Below are positions 38,415-52,400 of a DNA stretch of 64,000 nt, piece after piece (position 1 is the stretch's first letter; each line of letters begins with the position of its first letter). The notes beneath the pieces are model-generated. The model searched no databases. It was not told the DNA's origin and was given only the letters and a program-made list of their open reading frames with translations. A program made the translations under genes and the position numbers. Source of the stretch: Narcine bancroftii (Eukaryota); assembly GCF_036971445.1 (NCBI RefSeq), contig NC_091472.1, positions 74,028,001-74,092,000 on the forward strand, in the 5' to 3' direction.

Positions 38415-38449
38415 CGAATAAAGTATGTTGACCCTGTGGGATGCAGAAT

Positions 38450-39170
38450 ACAGCAGTGACTAGAAATCTGAAGCATGCTGGAAATATTTATCAGATCAGC
38501 AGGCAGAGTTTTTGGAGAAAAATAAAGAGTTGAGATGGATTTCTTTAAATCAGAACTGGCCAGCCTTGACTCAGAAGTTAAATTAGATAGTTAGATTAAA
38601 TTAATGAATGAATGCAGTATCATGTGTCCCAGCAGAAGATGGTGTGACATTCCTTAACTATATCCAGGGCTTTGTGTGAAGAGTGGAGCAGGCCAAACAT
38701 AAAGGTCAGAGTGGGATAAAGAATCAAAGTGACAGTAGCTGGTAGCTGAGGTCCAGCTTTGCAGGCTGAGCAGAGTTTTTAAAAGTAGTTATATAATCCA
38801 TGTTTGGTTTGTCTAATACACTGGAGAACAAATTGTGAACATTAAAAGCATGGAAGCTGTGCACCTGGATGTTACTTCACCTGAAAGAACTATTTGGATC
38901 TTTGGAAGGGCAGAGGTAAAATGGGCAGGCACTGCATCTTGTGGGTTATATGGGAAAGTGCTTTGAAGAAGAGAGTGGTCTGAAAATGAAAAGCAGACCA
39001 AGAAATTGTGGCGAGTGTTTCGTTTGGAATGGTGGGTAATTGTATTTGGTGGTGGAATTTTGTTGAATTTGGAGGCAATTACAGAAGATTGTCAAGTGAA
39101 TACGGAGGCTCTTTGAGGAAGGAGAAGAGAGGATAGGATAAGGGGGACAGAATTCCTACTCTGGCTGGAA
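38450..39170 (-). mobile_element. Old Penelope-like fragment
   Basis: Similar to 26505-27350 (atgctggaaatattta, ccagtgtattaga on minus, gtgggttatatgggaaag). Confidence 0.5.
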
Positions 39171-39210
39171 AAGAATAGACAAGTTCAAGTTTATTATCAT
39201 CTGATTATAC

Positions 39211-40322
39211 AGCCATGAAAGACCTCAACAATGAAGACGATGTTTACATCCAGTACCGCACGGATGGCAGTCTCTTCAATCTGAGGCGCCTGCAAGCTCA
39301 CACCAAGAAACAAGAGCAACTTGTCCGTGAACTACTCTTTGCAGACGATGCCACTTTAGTTGCCCATTCAGAGCCGGCTCTTCAGCGCTTGACGTCCTGT
39401 TTTGCGGAAACTGCCAAAATGTTTGGCCTGGAAGTCAGCCTGAAGAAAACTGAGGTCCTCCATCAGCCAGCTCCCCACCATGACTACCAGTCCCCCCACA
39501 TCTCCATCGGGCACACAAAACTCAAAACGGTCAACCAGTTTACCTACCTCGGCTGCACCATTTCATCGGATGCAAGGATCGACAACGAGATAGACAACAG
39601 ACTCGCCAAGGCAAATAGCGCCTTTGGAAGACTACACAAAAGAGTCTGGAAAAACAACCAACTGATAAACCTCACAAAGATTAGTGTATACAGAGCCGTT
39701 GTCATACCCACACTCCTGTTCGGCTCCGAATCATGGGTCCTCTACCGGCATCACCTACGGCTCCTAGAATGTTTCCACCAGCGTTGTCTCCACTCCATCC
39801 TCAACATTTATCGGAGCGACTTCATCTCCAACATTGAAGTACTCGAGATGGCAGAGGCCGACAGCATCGAATCCGCGCTGCTGAAGATCCAACTGCGCTG
39901 GGTAGGTCAGGTCTCCAGAATGGAGGACCATCGCCTTCCCAAGATCGTGTTATATGGCGAGCTCTCCACTGGCCACCGAGACAGAGGTGCACCAAAGAAG
40001 AGGTTCAAGGACTGCTTAAAGAAATCTCTTGGTGTCTGCCACATTGACGACCGCCAGTGGGCTGATATCACCTCAAACCATGCATCTTGGCGCCTCACAG
40101 TTCGGCGGGCAGCAACCTCCTTTGAAGAAGACTGCAGAGCCCACCTCACTGACAAAAGACAAAGGAGGAAAAACCCAACACCCAACCCCAACCAACCAAT
40201 TTTCCCTTGCAACCGTGTCTGCCTGTCCCGCATCGGACTTGTCAGCCACAAACGAGCCTGCAGCTGACGTGGACATTACCCCTCCATTAATCTTCGTCCG
40301 CAAAGCCAAGCCAAAGAAAGAA
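39211..40322 (+). mobile_element. RTE-clade LINE, 5'-truncated (copy 4), more diverged
   Basis: 350-aa open ORF with LLFADD; several substitutions and a 9-bp deletion in the zinc knuckle (PCNRVCL); (aaag)n tail; inserted in a Rex1 tail remnant. Confidence 0.93.
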
Positions 40323-40574
40323 ATACATGTACAACCAGATGAAGCAACATTTCACACTCTTTGGGATGATTTACTCAGTTACAAGACACAGTTCATCACT
40401 CCCACATCCCTGCTTTTGATGCTCCTGTACTAAATACAGGAAATAAAGAGACTGCAATTGACAGGTGCAGAATGGTGTCTGCAGAACAGACATTAAGGAG
40501 ACAGAAAAGCCGAGAGAATGGAATTGAGTCCTTGTAAGAAGCAGAGCAAGGGAAGATGGGTATAGTCAATGAGT

Positions 40575-40785
40575 AGCATGGTTAGTGTACTGGTTAACAC
40601 AACGCTATTATGTGCCAGTGACCCAAGTTTTAATCCAGCACTGTTTGTAAGGAATTGTGTTGGCTCTATCAGGTGCTCTGGTTTCTTCCCAAATTCCAAA
40701 GATATACAGAGTTAATAGATTCTTTGGTCACATGGATGTATTTGGGCTGGAAGTGCCTGTTACTGTTTTGTATTTCTAAATTAAA
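40575..40785 (+). mobile_element. V-SINE, degenerate
   Basis: ggttaacacaacgctatta...ctgtttgtaaggaattgt...gtgctctggtttcttccc. Confidence 0.7.
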
Positions 40786-41266
40786 AGTTTACTTTAAAAA
40801 TGGCTGTAGATTTCTAATGGCTATTGGTCACCATCTGTCCTCTGATTGGATATGGAATGGGGAAATCAAGCAAGGTCATGGAAGAGTCAGAAAGACCATG
40901 AGTTGGGTGGAAATTGGTGGTAAGGGTTGCAAAATTTTCACATTCTGTACAAATGAAAAGAGCATATTTGCAACAGTTGTTGGGCTGTGATCAAAGATGA
41001 GGAAAAGGACTAAAACAAGCACTCTTATACATAGAAATTATGGTGGAACATCTCCCAAGATTACTTACGTAGTTCAAATGAAAGTACAAATAAAAGCTTC
41101 AAAGGTGCATCTTGAAACTAAAATTAATATAAAATTCAAAGATCTTGCCCCTCACTTTCCAAGGCCCATGGCACGAGGATCTAGCATTCTTGAGTAATGG
41201 GCTCTCTATGTAAAGAAAAATGTTTCTGTTGGGAGAATTTCAATGAAGTTTTGTTAGGTAAATACC

Positions 41267-41777
41267 TTTTTTTATTAATTTATTTAAAATAAACCCATTT
41301 AACAAACATATTACAATGTTTTAAACTTAATCCAAATACATGCGGTTCTTTATAAAAAGGAAAAAAAAGAGGGTAAAGAAATACAAAACAAAGAAAAATC
41401 TCATAAATTCCTTCCTCCCCCAACCCCCTACAAACTTAAAAAAAAAGAAAAAGAATAGGGACAAGCAAACCCCAACAGGGGTACTTCACTTTCCAATACT
41501 TTAAACATATAAATATTTATAGAGACCTGTAAGAGAAAGGGTATGTTGGAGATTAATTTAAATTTTAATACCAACAGTTTTTAAATATGGGCTCCATATT
41601 TTACATAATGTATGATATTTATCTCTTAAATTGTAAGTAATTTTCTCATGTGAAATACCACTCCGAACTTCCACATACCATCTATCCATTCCCAGATCAG
41701 TATCCGACTTCCAAGTTATAGCATTACATTATTTAGCTATTTCCAAGGTAATTTGAACAAATTTTACTTGATACAGC
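41267..41777 (-). mobile_element. L1/Tx1-type 3' fragment
   Basis: Poly-T/tttatt left end; L1-like C-terminal coding remnant; 7-bp direct repeat aaatacc at both flanks. Confidence 0.65.
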
Positions 41778-42627
41778 AAATACCCTGAAAAGACTTTTTG
41801 TGGAATTTAAAAGGAATGAGAGCAGATTTGATTGAGGCATAAGATTCTGTGATGTCTTGACAGGATGGATGTTGACGTGGTACTGCTGCTGCTTCTGGGA
41901 GAATCCAGATCTGACTGTTTATTTTACTCTGTCCTTAGTTAAGATGCAGATCCATGCGTGTACGGTTTTCCTCAGACGATACCAGAGCTTCTGCATGCTA
42001 ATCTTTTTATAGCCGCCATGGAGATTATCAAAGCTGAAGCAAATCCAGCCAAAGTCACATGGACAAAAAAATTTTCCCTAGCAGTCCATTTAACTTGGCA
42101 CCATAGTGGTCATAGAGGAAATCATATTTTTACATTAAAACCTAAATGACGTCAAAGTGTCTCTTGCAATTGCAGAATTATACCAAATATGTTTCTAAAT
42201 GAATCCAGAGCTAAAGTATGAATATTGTACAGATATTTGCACAAGCTGCCATTAACATAGTTTGATTATATGTTAACAAATATCTGGTTTGGTTGATGAC
42301 AGGCTGTCAGAACTTAGAAATAATGAAATGATTATGCACCCTTTGGTTGAGAATATTAAAACACTGTATGCTACGGAGAAAATTCAGTGCGAAAAATGCC
42401 ATGGTTGTCAGTTGTGTTAAACATCTGGGGGTCAGCAGTTAACTAGAGCTCACTCTCAGCAAATCCTCCAGTTTAAATCTTTTTTGACAATTCAGCCATT
42501 TATAAACTCAGAGTAAAACGTTTGATTGTGCTGGTGATCCAATGCAAGTACACATTGACTTTTATTCTAATAATTAAACTCCAGTCTGTAAATTGTGTAA
42601 ATACAACAGCATAAATAATATACAATC

Positions 42628-42860
42628 ACGTGGGTTAGCATAGCAGTTAGCACAGCGCTCTTACAACGCCAGTGATCCAGGTTTGAATCATGCACTATCT
42701 GTAAGGAAATATATATTTTCTCCCAGTGACCTGTGTGAATTTTCTCCAGGTGTTCTAGTTTCATCAAAGCATACGGAGTTGGGAGGTTAATTGGGTGCAA
42801 TGGGCTACCACAAGTTTCATGAGCTAAAATGGCCTTTTTCTGTGCTGTAGCATAAAAATT
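42628..42860 (+). mobile_element. V-SINE
   Basis: ttagcatagcagttagcacagcgctcttacaacgccagtgatccaggtttgaatc, same family as 30503. Confidence 0.8.
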
Positions 42861-43039
42861 AAAATACAAATATCCCTCTTATGAGCTTTGGTTTGACTAT
42901 GATGTCGCCTGCAAGTACATAATGTGACTAAATTATTGACTGACATTAGCCCTTCCCACAAATATCTAATGTGATGAATGTCAGGAACAGTTGCTGGGCA
43001 AGAATAGGAATAGATATCAACAAAAAGCAAAGAAAAAGG

Positions 43040-44415
43040 AATACATTCCTTCAAAACTCATCAGAAAATTCCAAGTCCTGGGCTTCAACACCACATTGTC
43101 TAATTGTATCCTAGATTTTCTCTCCTGCAGTCCACAATCAGAAAGGATTGGTGAGAACATCTCCACAATCTCCATCAGGACTGGAGTACCAGAGAGCTGC
43201 ATTCTGAGCCCCCTGCTCTACTCACTTTACACCTATGAAGGTGTGGCTCAGTACAACAACAACACCATCTACAAATTTGCTGATGTTACGGGAGTAGTGG
43301 GTGGAATAAAATGGGGTGATGAGTCAGCATACAAGATGGAGAATAAAATCTTGGCTGAATGGTATGCTGACAACAACCAAAGTCACCAAAACCAAGAGGC
43401 TGATTGTGGACTCCAGGAGTGGACAACCAGAAATGTACAATCCAGTGATCATTGGGGTAACCATAGGTGGAGAGAGTGAGCAAAGTTAAATTCCTGGAGT
43501 CGCTATTTCAGAGGGTCTTTCCTGGGCCAAACACATGATTGTCGTGAAGAAAGTCTCTGCTTTGTCAGGAGTTTGCAGAAGTTTGGTATGGTATTGAAAA
43601 CCTTGGCAAACCTCTATTGATGTGTAGTGGGAAGAACACTGACCAGCTTCATCGTGGCATGGTATACTTCTGTGCGGAAAGCCCTGCACAAGATAGTGGA
43701 CACAGCCTAATACACCAGAGGCAAAACTATCCCCATCATCAAGAAATTATACATGGAATGTTGCCTTCGGAGAGCAGCAGCAATCATCAAGGATCCATAC
43801 CACCCAGGACATGCTCTGTATTTGCTGTTGCCATCAGGAAAGAGGTATAGGTGCCACAAGAATCCTTCCACCAGGTTCAAGAACAGTTGCTAACCTTCCA
43901 CCATCAGACTCCAAAACAAACTCCGAGAATCATTTAAAGACTCTTACTTTGCATTTTTTTTTAAATTTTCTGTCTTGCACAGTCTGTCTGCACTTCCTTC
44001 TTGTTTACATTTGTCTCTTTTGTGTCCGTACCTTCTTGAAAAGTTTTTTTGCACTGTTGATAAATAGAAATTCTACCTGGCCCACAGGAAAAAGGGTGGC
44101 ACACTTAGCGGGATGCTACTACAGCACCAGTGATTGGGACTTGGGTTCATATCCTGTGCTGTCTTATAGGAGCTTGTACGTTCTCCTCATGTCTGCGTGG
44201 ATTTTCTCCAGATAGTCCGGTTTCCTCCCACCATTTGAAAAATACTGGGTGGTCGTAGATTAATTGGGTGTAACTGGGCGGCAAGGGCTCGTGGGCCGAA
44301 ATGGCCTGTTTCTGTGCTGTTTGTCTAAAAATATGACTCTCAGGATTGTATGTGATGTCGTGCACTGTGTGTACTCTGACAATAAATCTGAATTTTGAAC
44401 TTTGACTTTGAACTT
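43040..44415 (+). mobile_element. Rex1/Babar LINE (decayed RT and 3' end)
   Basis: ILDFLS..QSERIG..TGVPESCILSPLLYSLYT..IYKFAD; ends aataaatctgaa(ttttgaac)n. Confidence 0.85.
44095..44331 (+). mobile_element. V-SINE nested in the Rex1 3' UTR
   Basis: gtacgttctcctcatgtctgcgtggattttctcc...ccggtttcctccca. Confidence 0.8.
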
Positions 44416-44824
44416 AATAGCAACTTAATTGCAGCTTGGAAGGTTCTGACCAAGCAGTAGTTTTGCCTGATCCTAGAATGACATTAGGATGCCAAATTTA
44501 CATTCACTCTTTCTGGGATGAATTAAAAAAAATGAAATTAATATAGTTTTGAGCATCAATGCAGATATCTGAATATTCAATCTTTGTCAAAGTTCTAATG
44601 TAGCTGATATTTGACATGTTTTCCATGACTAAACCTGTTCTCCTTCACCAATTATCACATTTTAAAAAGGGAGGAAACAGTTCTAATTGGTCGGTATGTA
44701 GAAGTGCCCTATTTGTCTTTTCAAACCTGTGCCATGTCCAATATAATCAAGGCTGATCATGTATCCCAATTCTACTCTTCCATAGCCCTTGATGCTTTTA
44801 TCTAGAAGCATATCTACTTCCTTA

Positions 44825-45085
44825 AATTTTAATTTTAAAAAAATGTAGCCATACAGCACAGTAACAGGCCGTATCAGCCCACGAGTCTGTGCCGCATAGT
44901 TACACCTAGTTAACCTACCGCCCCGTACGTTTCGACCAGTGAGAGGAAACCAGAGCCCCTGGAGGAAACCCACGCAGACACAGGGAGAATGTATAAACTC
45001 TTTCCAGGCAGCAATGGATTCAAACCCCGATCCCAATCGCCTGTGCTGTAAGGGTGTTGCGCTAACTGCTACACCAACCATGTCA
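44825..45085 (-). mobile_element. V-SINE
   Basis: Reverse complement of the 30503 family (gaggaaaccagagcccctggaggaaacccacgcagacacagggagaatgt). Confidence 0.85.
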
Positions 45086-45577
45086 CCCTTAAATTATTTG
45101 ACAAAAGTTTCGACTTGGGAGGAAAAAAAAGTTCATATTGAAAAACAATTATTTTTGTGAAAGGCAGGACAGATAAATGTAATACCTGATGACTATTTTA
45201 GTGGTTTAAGTAGAAAGGATGAATATGATGGGAACTGAATTTTGTATTTTTATTAACCTCTATTAGACCCAACATAATTAATTACTTCAAATCCTTTAGT
45301 TCTCTTACTCCATTTAAAATCTGATCATTCTGCTGTTGTGTTTTATTTCCAGAGTTCAGCTGCATCTTTCTTATGTTGAGCTGTATCTGCCATACAGTTG
45401 CTCAGTGTTTAACCAGCATCCTGCAGTTTTTTTTCCACATTCTGCCACAATCCTAACCCGAGTGTCAGCTTCAAATTTCAATGTCTGGATCATTTATATG
45501 TTCAAAAATAAATAAAATCAGACAAACCATGTAGACTTGCACCATATGCCCACAAGCTTCCTGAATTCTTGTGTTAC

Positions 45578-46805
45578 TATAGAACCACAGAATGTTACAA
45601 CACAGATGCCTAGTCTATGCTGAACCTTTTTTGTCTTGACTCACTGACCTGCATCCAGTCCATAGCCCTCCATATCTCTCCCATCCATGTATCTGTCCAA
45701 ATTCTTCTTAAATGTTAAAATTGAGCCCGCATTCTCCACATCAGCAGGCAGCTCGTTCCACACTCCCACTACTCTCTGTGTGAAGAAGTTCTCCTTCATG
45801 TTCCCTCTAAACTTTTCCCCTTTCACCCTTAACCCATGTCCTCTGGTTTGCATTTCACCTCCTCTCAGTGGAAAAAGTCTATCTACATTAACTCTGTCTA
45901 TCCCCCTCATAATTTTAAATACTCTATCAAATCTCCCCTCATTTTTCTACACTTCAGGGAATAAAGTCCTAACCTGTTTAACCTTTCCCTGTAACTCAGT
46001 TCCTGAAGTCTGGGTAACATCCTAGTAAATATTCTCTGCACTCTTTCTATCTTATTGATATCTTTCCTGTAGTTAGGCACCCAGACTGCACACAGTACTC
46101 CAAATTTGGCCTTATACAACTTTACCACAATATCCCATCTCCTATACTCAGTACTTTGATTTATGAAGGCCAGTATGCCAAAAGCTCTCTTTACAACCCT
46201 ATCCACCTGTGATGCCACTTTCAGTATCCTAGATCCCTCTTTTCTACCACACTCCTCAGTGCCCTACCATTTACCGTGTATGTCCTTTCTTCGTTTGTCC
46301 TTCCAAAATGTAACACCTCACACTTGACTGCATTGAATTCCATCTGCCATTTTTCAGCCCATTTTTCCAGCTGGTCCAGATCCCTCTGCAAGCTTTGAAG
46401 ACCTCAACGCCTCCAGTCTTAGTGTCATCTGCAAACTTCCTGATCAAATTCACCACATTATCATCCAGATCATTAATATAGATGACAAACAACAATGGTC
46501 CCTGCACTAATCCCTGAGGCAAACCATGAGTCCGAGGTCTCCAATCTGAGAAGAAATCTTCCACCACTACTCTCAGGCTTCTCGCGTACAGCCGTTGTTG
46601 AATCCAGTTCCCTACTTCACCTTGAATACCTAGCATCTGAACCTTCCTGACTAACTTCCCTTATGGGATCTTGTCAAAGGCTTTACTAAAGTCCACAGCA
46701 TCCACAGCCTTCCCTTCATCAACTTACTTGGTAACCTCCTTGAAAAACTCTAAAAAGATTGGTTAAACTTGACCTACCACACTCAAAGCCATGTTGACTA
46801 TCCCC
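45578..46805 (-). mobile_element. CR1 LINE 3' portion
   Basis: GLPQGLVQGPLLFVIYINDLDD..KFADDTK; YRERLNRLGLYSL; FFTQRVVGVWNELP. Confidence 0.9.
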
Positions 46806-49124
46806 AGAGCACAAGGAATATTTTATGTTCAAAATCAAAACCACTAGGCGCCAGTTTAGTATTGATGTTCCAATTTGATCGTAGGATGAATAAGGTGAAT
46901 AAGAACCTCCCCTGCCCTCATTCTCTCTGACATCAAGCCCCTCTTCCATTTCTACGTCAATTGTTTTCAAATCCAGCCAAGCCCATTTCCTGGGAAAATC
47001 CTCAATCTTTATCACCTTTAGTTGTGTGACCTGCTAAATATCTCCAGCACATTTGTGGATTGGACTCGACCCCAACGAGTGTAGACTTTCCTGTTTAATT
47101 CTCCTTTAATTAGCTTAAAAAACTAACTAAAAAGATTCATTTTGCCCAAACCCCTTCCCTCACATCTCCAGTTCTATGGATTTAAATTCCTGCCCTTTCC
47201 CGGCTTTTAACTCATCAATCCAATAATTTTCCAAAACCCTTCAAGAATCTTTCGTTCCTCTGAATCTGCTACCTGATTTCACATCTTCCTTCCCCTGAGT
47301 TTGGGTTCTGAAATTTCCTGCTGAAAGTTCAAATTGAAAACTCTTCTTAAAAACCCAGTTTCAACCAAGTTTTTAATTGGTCTTCCTTTTACGCCAATGT
47401 TTTTATTTTAACGATTTACAATGAAATATTTTGGAAGGTTTTGCTACCATAGCATTTCATAATGGAAACTGCTGTCTTAGTTGAAAGATATCTGTGATAA
47501 TAAATTACTTGACACATTGATATGTTGCCTCAAATTATTTCATTTAATTTTATTTCCAGAATGGTGATGACATCCACAAACATATTATTTGACCAAAAAT
47601 GCCTTTAAGTGGTTTGTGTGTTGCATATGTTCAATTTCAGAAATCTATGCAGATCATTGTTCATTTTTATTTGAATAACATTGATTTGAAAATGTATATT
47701 TATGGTTGTGGTTTTGTGGAGATGGTGATGGTTGTGATCTTTGAATTTAACACTGTGTATCTCAAACTACCACACTGGGAGTTATGGAGAAATGCCAGAA
47801 TATGTATTTTTTAATATTTAATTCATCTTTCACTTGAGATGTTGAATAGTTTGTGTGAATTTCTTAGCCAAGGCAATATTATGCTGAAATATTTCAAGGA
47901 AAGATGCATTCGAAGTAAATGGTCGCTGAAGTATAGGTATAACACAAATAACAGACATCTGAAATGTATTTATTTTTAGTATACTAAATGTAGCAATGAT
48001 CTAGTATGATAGACAGGTGGCATTTGTGTGTGAGTGTGTGTGCTTGTGTGTGTATTTGATATTTTTGGTGTTGAAGATGATATTTAGCTGATTTGATAAC
48101 CTTGCTTACCCTAATCTGGCACAAGATAAACTAACATAGTGCCTAACAAAAGTTTATTTATCAGATCATTGAGGAATGTAGCAACATAGCCAGTAATTCT
48201 GTGTCTCAGATGTGCCTTTTCCCTAGATTTTTAAATTAACCACCGTGTCGGTGCCAACTGCATGTTTGAGCTTATAGAGCTATAGGTCTATGACATAACA
48301 ACTATTCAGGTTTAATTTCAATTAATTTTTTCATTGACTGAGCATGTATATTTATGTCCACGTAAGATTAATAACACATCTAGATGTGCAAGCATTTCTG
48401 CAAAGGTTGTTTGTGGTCTGAGACTGCACAAGGAGTTTGGTACCAATTCAATCCATGAACGTTTTGATCTGCAGATTGGATAGCAATGTTGAGGAAGTCA
48501 ATTTATGCCAGACTTGATTCTGGGGTAGAAAAAAGACAAGTTGATGTTGAGTATTCCCATTGCACCAAGGAACTTTTTAACTTATTGGAGAATACCCCTA
48601 TCATCAAAACAAAATTTATTATCCAAATAGATGTCATTCTGGATGGTTGATTAGATACACAGATTTAAATTGGCTAATGAGTTCACAAGATTTTTGCAAC
48701 CTTTGCACTTTGTGGCTAAGAATGAATAACTAGTTATGTTGGTTTATTTTACAGATATTAAACTGACATTTTCAGTGCTGAGGACTTTGAAAATATGCAG
48801 TTCAATGTTGTAAATGTTTGCCTTAAGTACTTTAACTGAAGAAAGGTTAAAATATTAATTAAAAATTTTTAAGCTATTTTGTGGATTATAATTTTAAAAC
48901 TGTAATCCTTGTATTATTCCTAGACAAAGCTTTAATCTTAAAGGATCCATGCAACTTTGCTGTTCCAAATATCCAATAGTTGCCACTTCAATTAATTTGA
49001 AAGGTTACACAGGATTCATAGCTATTTCAAATTGTGAGAAACTGTAACACTTTTTTTTTGACCATGGACATTTCATAGCAGGCTGGCACAAGACCAACTT
49101 CTTCCAATTTTTTTTTTGTTTTAG

Positions 49125-49464
49125 GTAATTATCCCAGACCGCCAAATTATGGTGGAGTACCGAACGCCAACTACAGTGGTCCAGGTCCAGGCATGAATAA
49201 CAACATGAGCATGAATATGAACAACCAGATGCATGGTCAGGGTCCAGCTCAGCCTTGCAGTAACATGACAGTGGGGAGGATGTCATCATCAGGGATGTCG
49301 AACTGGCCATACTCTGGCAACATGAGTAATATGACCCCAAACTCTCCAAGCATGTCACAGCAGGTTGGCGCGGGGATGGGACCGCCAATGGCAACTGTAA
49401 ATCGCAAGGCACAGGAGGCTGCTGCTGCAGTGATGCAGGCTGCAGCAAACTCTGCTCAAAACAG
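49125..49464 (+). CDS. ARID1B: ARID1B internal exon C (340 nt, phase 1-2)
   Basis: T-rich tract + ttag acceptor and CAG|gtatg donor. (G)[23 protein letters not shown]...[13 protein letters not shown]...[30 protein letters not shown](R); [20 protein letters not shown] is diagnostic of ARID1B. Confidence 0.95.
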
Positions 49465-52400
49465 GTATGCAAGAAAAAATGGTCTCGAAAGGCTGGATGC
49501 AGAATTCGTAAACTTTTTACGTGACAATACTGAAAGCTTTAATGAAAGCATTCACGTAAATTTTGTCTCTGTCACTCCTCACACAGGTTTTATTTTAAAA
49601 GTAAAAGATACGTAGCTGATTTTCAACTCATCCTGAACTATAATTTGCAATGAATGGCTCTATATTTGTTACATATTGAATATGGTTCCTGTTGTGAGGC
49701 AACTGGTTAACAATCTCCTGCTCAAAAATATATACATGGGCTTATTTGTACTTCAGAATTCAGAAGGGAGACAGGCTACGCCAAGACAAACTATTATATG
49801 CACAACTTCTCCATTTTGTTCATTTTTAACAGTAGAGTGCTCAGTGGACATAAGAGTATATTTGGGATAAATCATAGACTTGGCTAGTTGGGCACCTTAT
49901 AAATGATTTCCCCTTTTGTGTTATTCGGCAACTGTATTCCTATCACCCAGTGCAAAATTATCTTGACCAGCAAACCCAAAGTTGTAGATTAGGTGAAACT
50001 GAAAATATGAAACCAAAGACAATATCTCTGTGAGCCATGATCTACAGAGAGTGATGGACATTTGAAAGCAAGTTGAAATAACCTGAATATTTTTAATATT
50101 TCTCGTGCTCCCTCCTGATTTAATTATATTTTGATTAGAAGTAATGCTATAATCACAAAACTCCAGGATATTCACACTTACATATGCACTTTTTCTTTTT
50201 TTTAAAAATTGCTTCACTTTCATCTATTGTTAGCCAAGAAAATACTGAAGAATTGCCAGATTTAACATTCAGTCATATTTTAAATGTTTCCAGTTAAATG
50301 CTTCTGAATTTTGTACAATACGTTATTTTTTACTGAAGCAAATATTATATGATAATTTTAAAATAATATCTAGTTCTGAGGATTCAGACTATACTTTGTT
50401 GCAAATATGAACTGTGTTCATTTTACATAACAAGGAAATGAATGGCTTCATATTGGATGATACTAGCTAACAAACTGGATTACGTTCTCCATTCGTCAGT
50501 TCTTGCCGTTTGATGAACATGATGTAAAAGCAAGGCATTTCGTTGGGTATTTGGGAGCCAACAATTGGGCTATATATTTCAAAATGTGCTCTCTGTTAGA
50601 AAATCAAGTAATGTAGTTGAAGTAAGTTGTGGTGAACCTTTATTTAACTTGTGTTGGAGTGTGTGAGAGAAAGTAGCCAATGAGCAAATTGAAAACAAGC
50701 TGAAACAGAAAATCTTAAATTACTGGTAAATTGACAAATATTTCTTTTTGCCCTCAATATCTTTGAGAAGACTCCAATCTCAGATACAAATTTTGGTATG
50801 TACTGATATACTTGCATTGTAATCCCTCGTTATTTTGTTGATTTAGCAATGTTTCCTCCTGTTTTCTGACTTCTAGACAATCCTTTGTTGAATAACTGAA
50901 CTCGAGTCTCAACATGTAATCTTTACTTGTTGGCTCACACTGGCTGTCTCTTTACAGGGGCAGGTTGGACATTTGTTTTTACCTTTCTCTATTAGTATCT
51001 TGTCACCATTCAAGAAGCCAAATCTCAGCCTTGAATGTTTGAATTGAGAAGCTAATGATGTAATTGGAGTTTCTTTGTGGTTATGGTATTGTATTATATA
51101 GAATTAGTTTCTTATGCTTTATTTATATTTCCTTTCCTCTGTAGTAATTATTTTATGCTAGTTTTCACTTAATAGTTTGGTTAGCAGGAAAGGAGGAGGA
51201 TAATTGCTGTTTGAAACATTTTTTATTTGATCGTCATTCTTTTATAGTGACTTTTCAGATCATTTTACTTGGCAATGTTCAAAAATTGTTACCAGTGAAG
51301 CATTTTGAATTTTGTGGAGGTTTTTTGGCTGTACAACTCTTAAATATAGTTCTAATTCTGCAATAATATGTTGCTTTGCACTTCATGTTGAAAATATTTG
51401 TCCACCATTAGATTCAATGATTACTGTTTCACGTGTGAAATAAAATGTACATCATTGGAAATGTTGGCAGGCAGAAAATCAAAAATTTAATCAACGTATA
51501 TTGCATTATCAGTAATGCATTGTGAACATAAGTGGTATGACATAATATTTATTAAGGAACCATGTTGATTGTCTGGGCAGAATGTATTTTCTGTGAAAAA
51601 GTGATGCATCTTGTGTATCACTAATCTGCATGCAACACACAGATTGCATTTAAACAATGACCGGTGGATTTTGGGAGCCGAGCGCTGAGAAAGTTGGAAC
51701 CTAGTTTCATTCAAGTTTCAGCCTTATTTGTAACTTGGGAAAAGCCTTACCCAGTTATGAATCATTAGTTTCTTTATTTGCATGGTGTGGAGGCAAAATG
51801 TGTCATCTCAGTGAGAAGCAATCAGAAAACTAAATTATTGTCCTGTCACATTGTATTCTCGTTGGCTAGTCTTTTTATGTGGCAGTGTTGTAACTTCCTT
51901 TCAGATGCACAAGGATATAGATTACCAGTTGGAGAGGGAAGAGATTAAATAACACATGTAAACATTATACCATTGTGGAAGCGAAACAAACCTGGTTCCA
52001 CGCCACAGTGCTACAAGTCTTTAAAGGGTTATTTTTACTTCAACTCTTCATAATCTCTATTTTCTTTCAATATTTGAAGGTAAATTAAAACAAATAAATA
52101 AAAAATCCATCTGTACTTTTCTGTCCCTCAGAATTGTTGACCATTTTATGTAACCCTTTCTATTTGAATATTCATTTTGGTTGAATTACTGTTAATGTGA
52201 ATTACTGGAAGCTGAACATGATAGTCTTGTCATCCAGAGAAAAAAAAATCTTAAAACTATTAGTGAGAAAAACAATTTGAAGAATCTGTGTTTCCATGTG
52301 GTTTATTGGCAAGTAACTGTTACTTTACACTGTTTAAAAATGACATCTAGCCAAATTAAAACCCATTGGAATGAATGTTTCAGATTTACACTTTTTGTGG

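Noticed and set aside
13847-49124. Additional ARID1B coding exons in the 35-kb intron
   Set aside because: Exons B and C join seamlessly (GPQG-NYPRPP) as in the recalled human protein; no exon-like segment was found, though a micro- or poison exon cannot be excluded by eye.
49005-49472. 155-aa antisense ORF over exon C
   Set aside because: Shadow of the ARID1B exon; no independent support.
51600-51900. Possible conserved non-coding element (AACAATG, TGCATG, local CpGs)
   Set aside because: Motif density is too low to support without an alignment.
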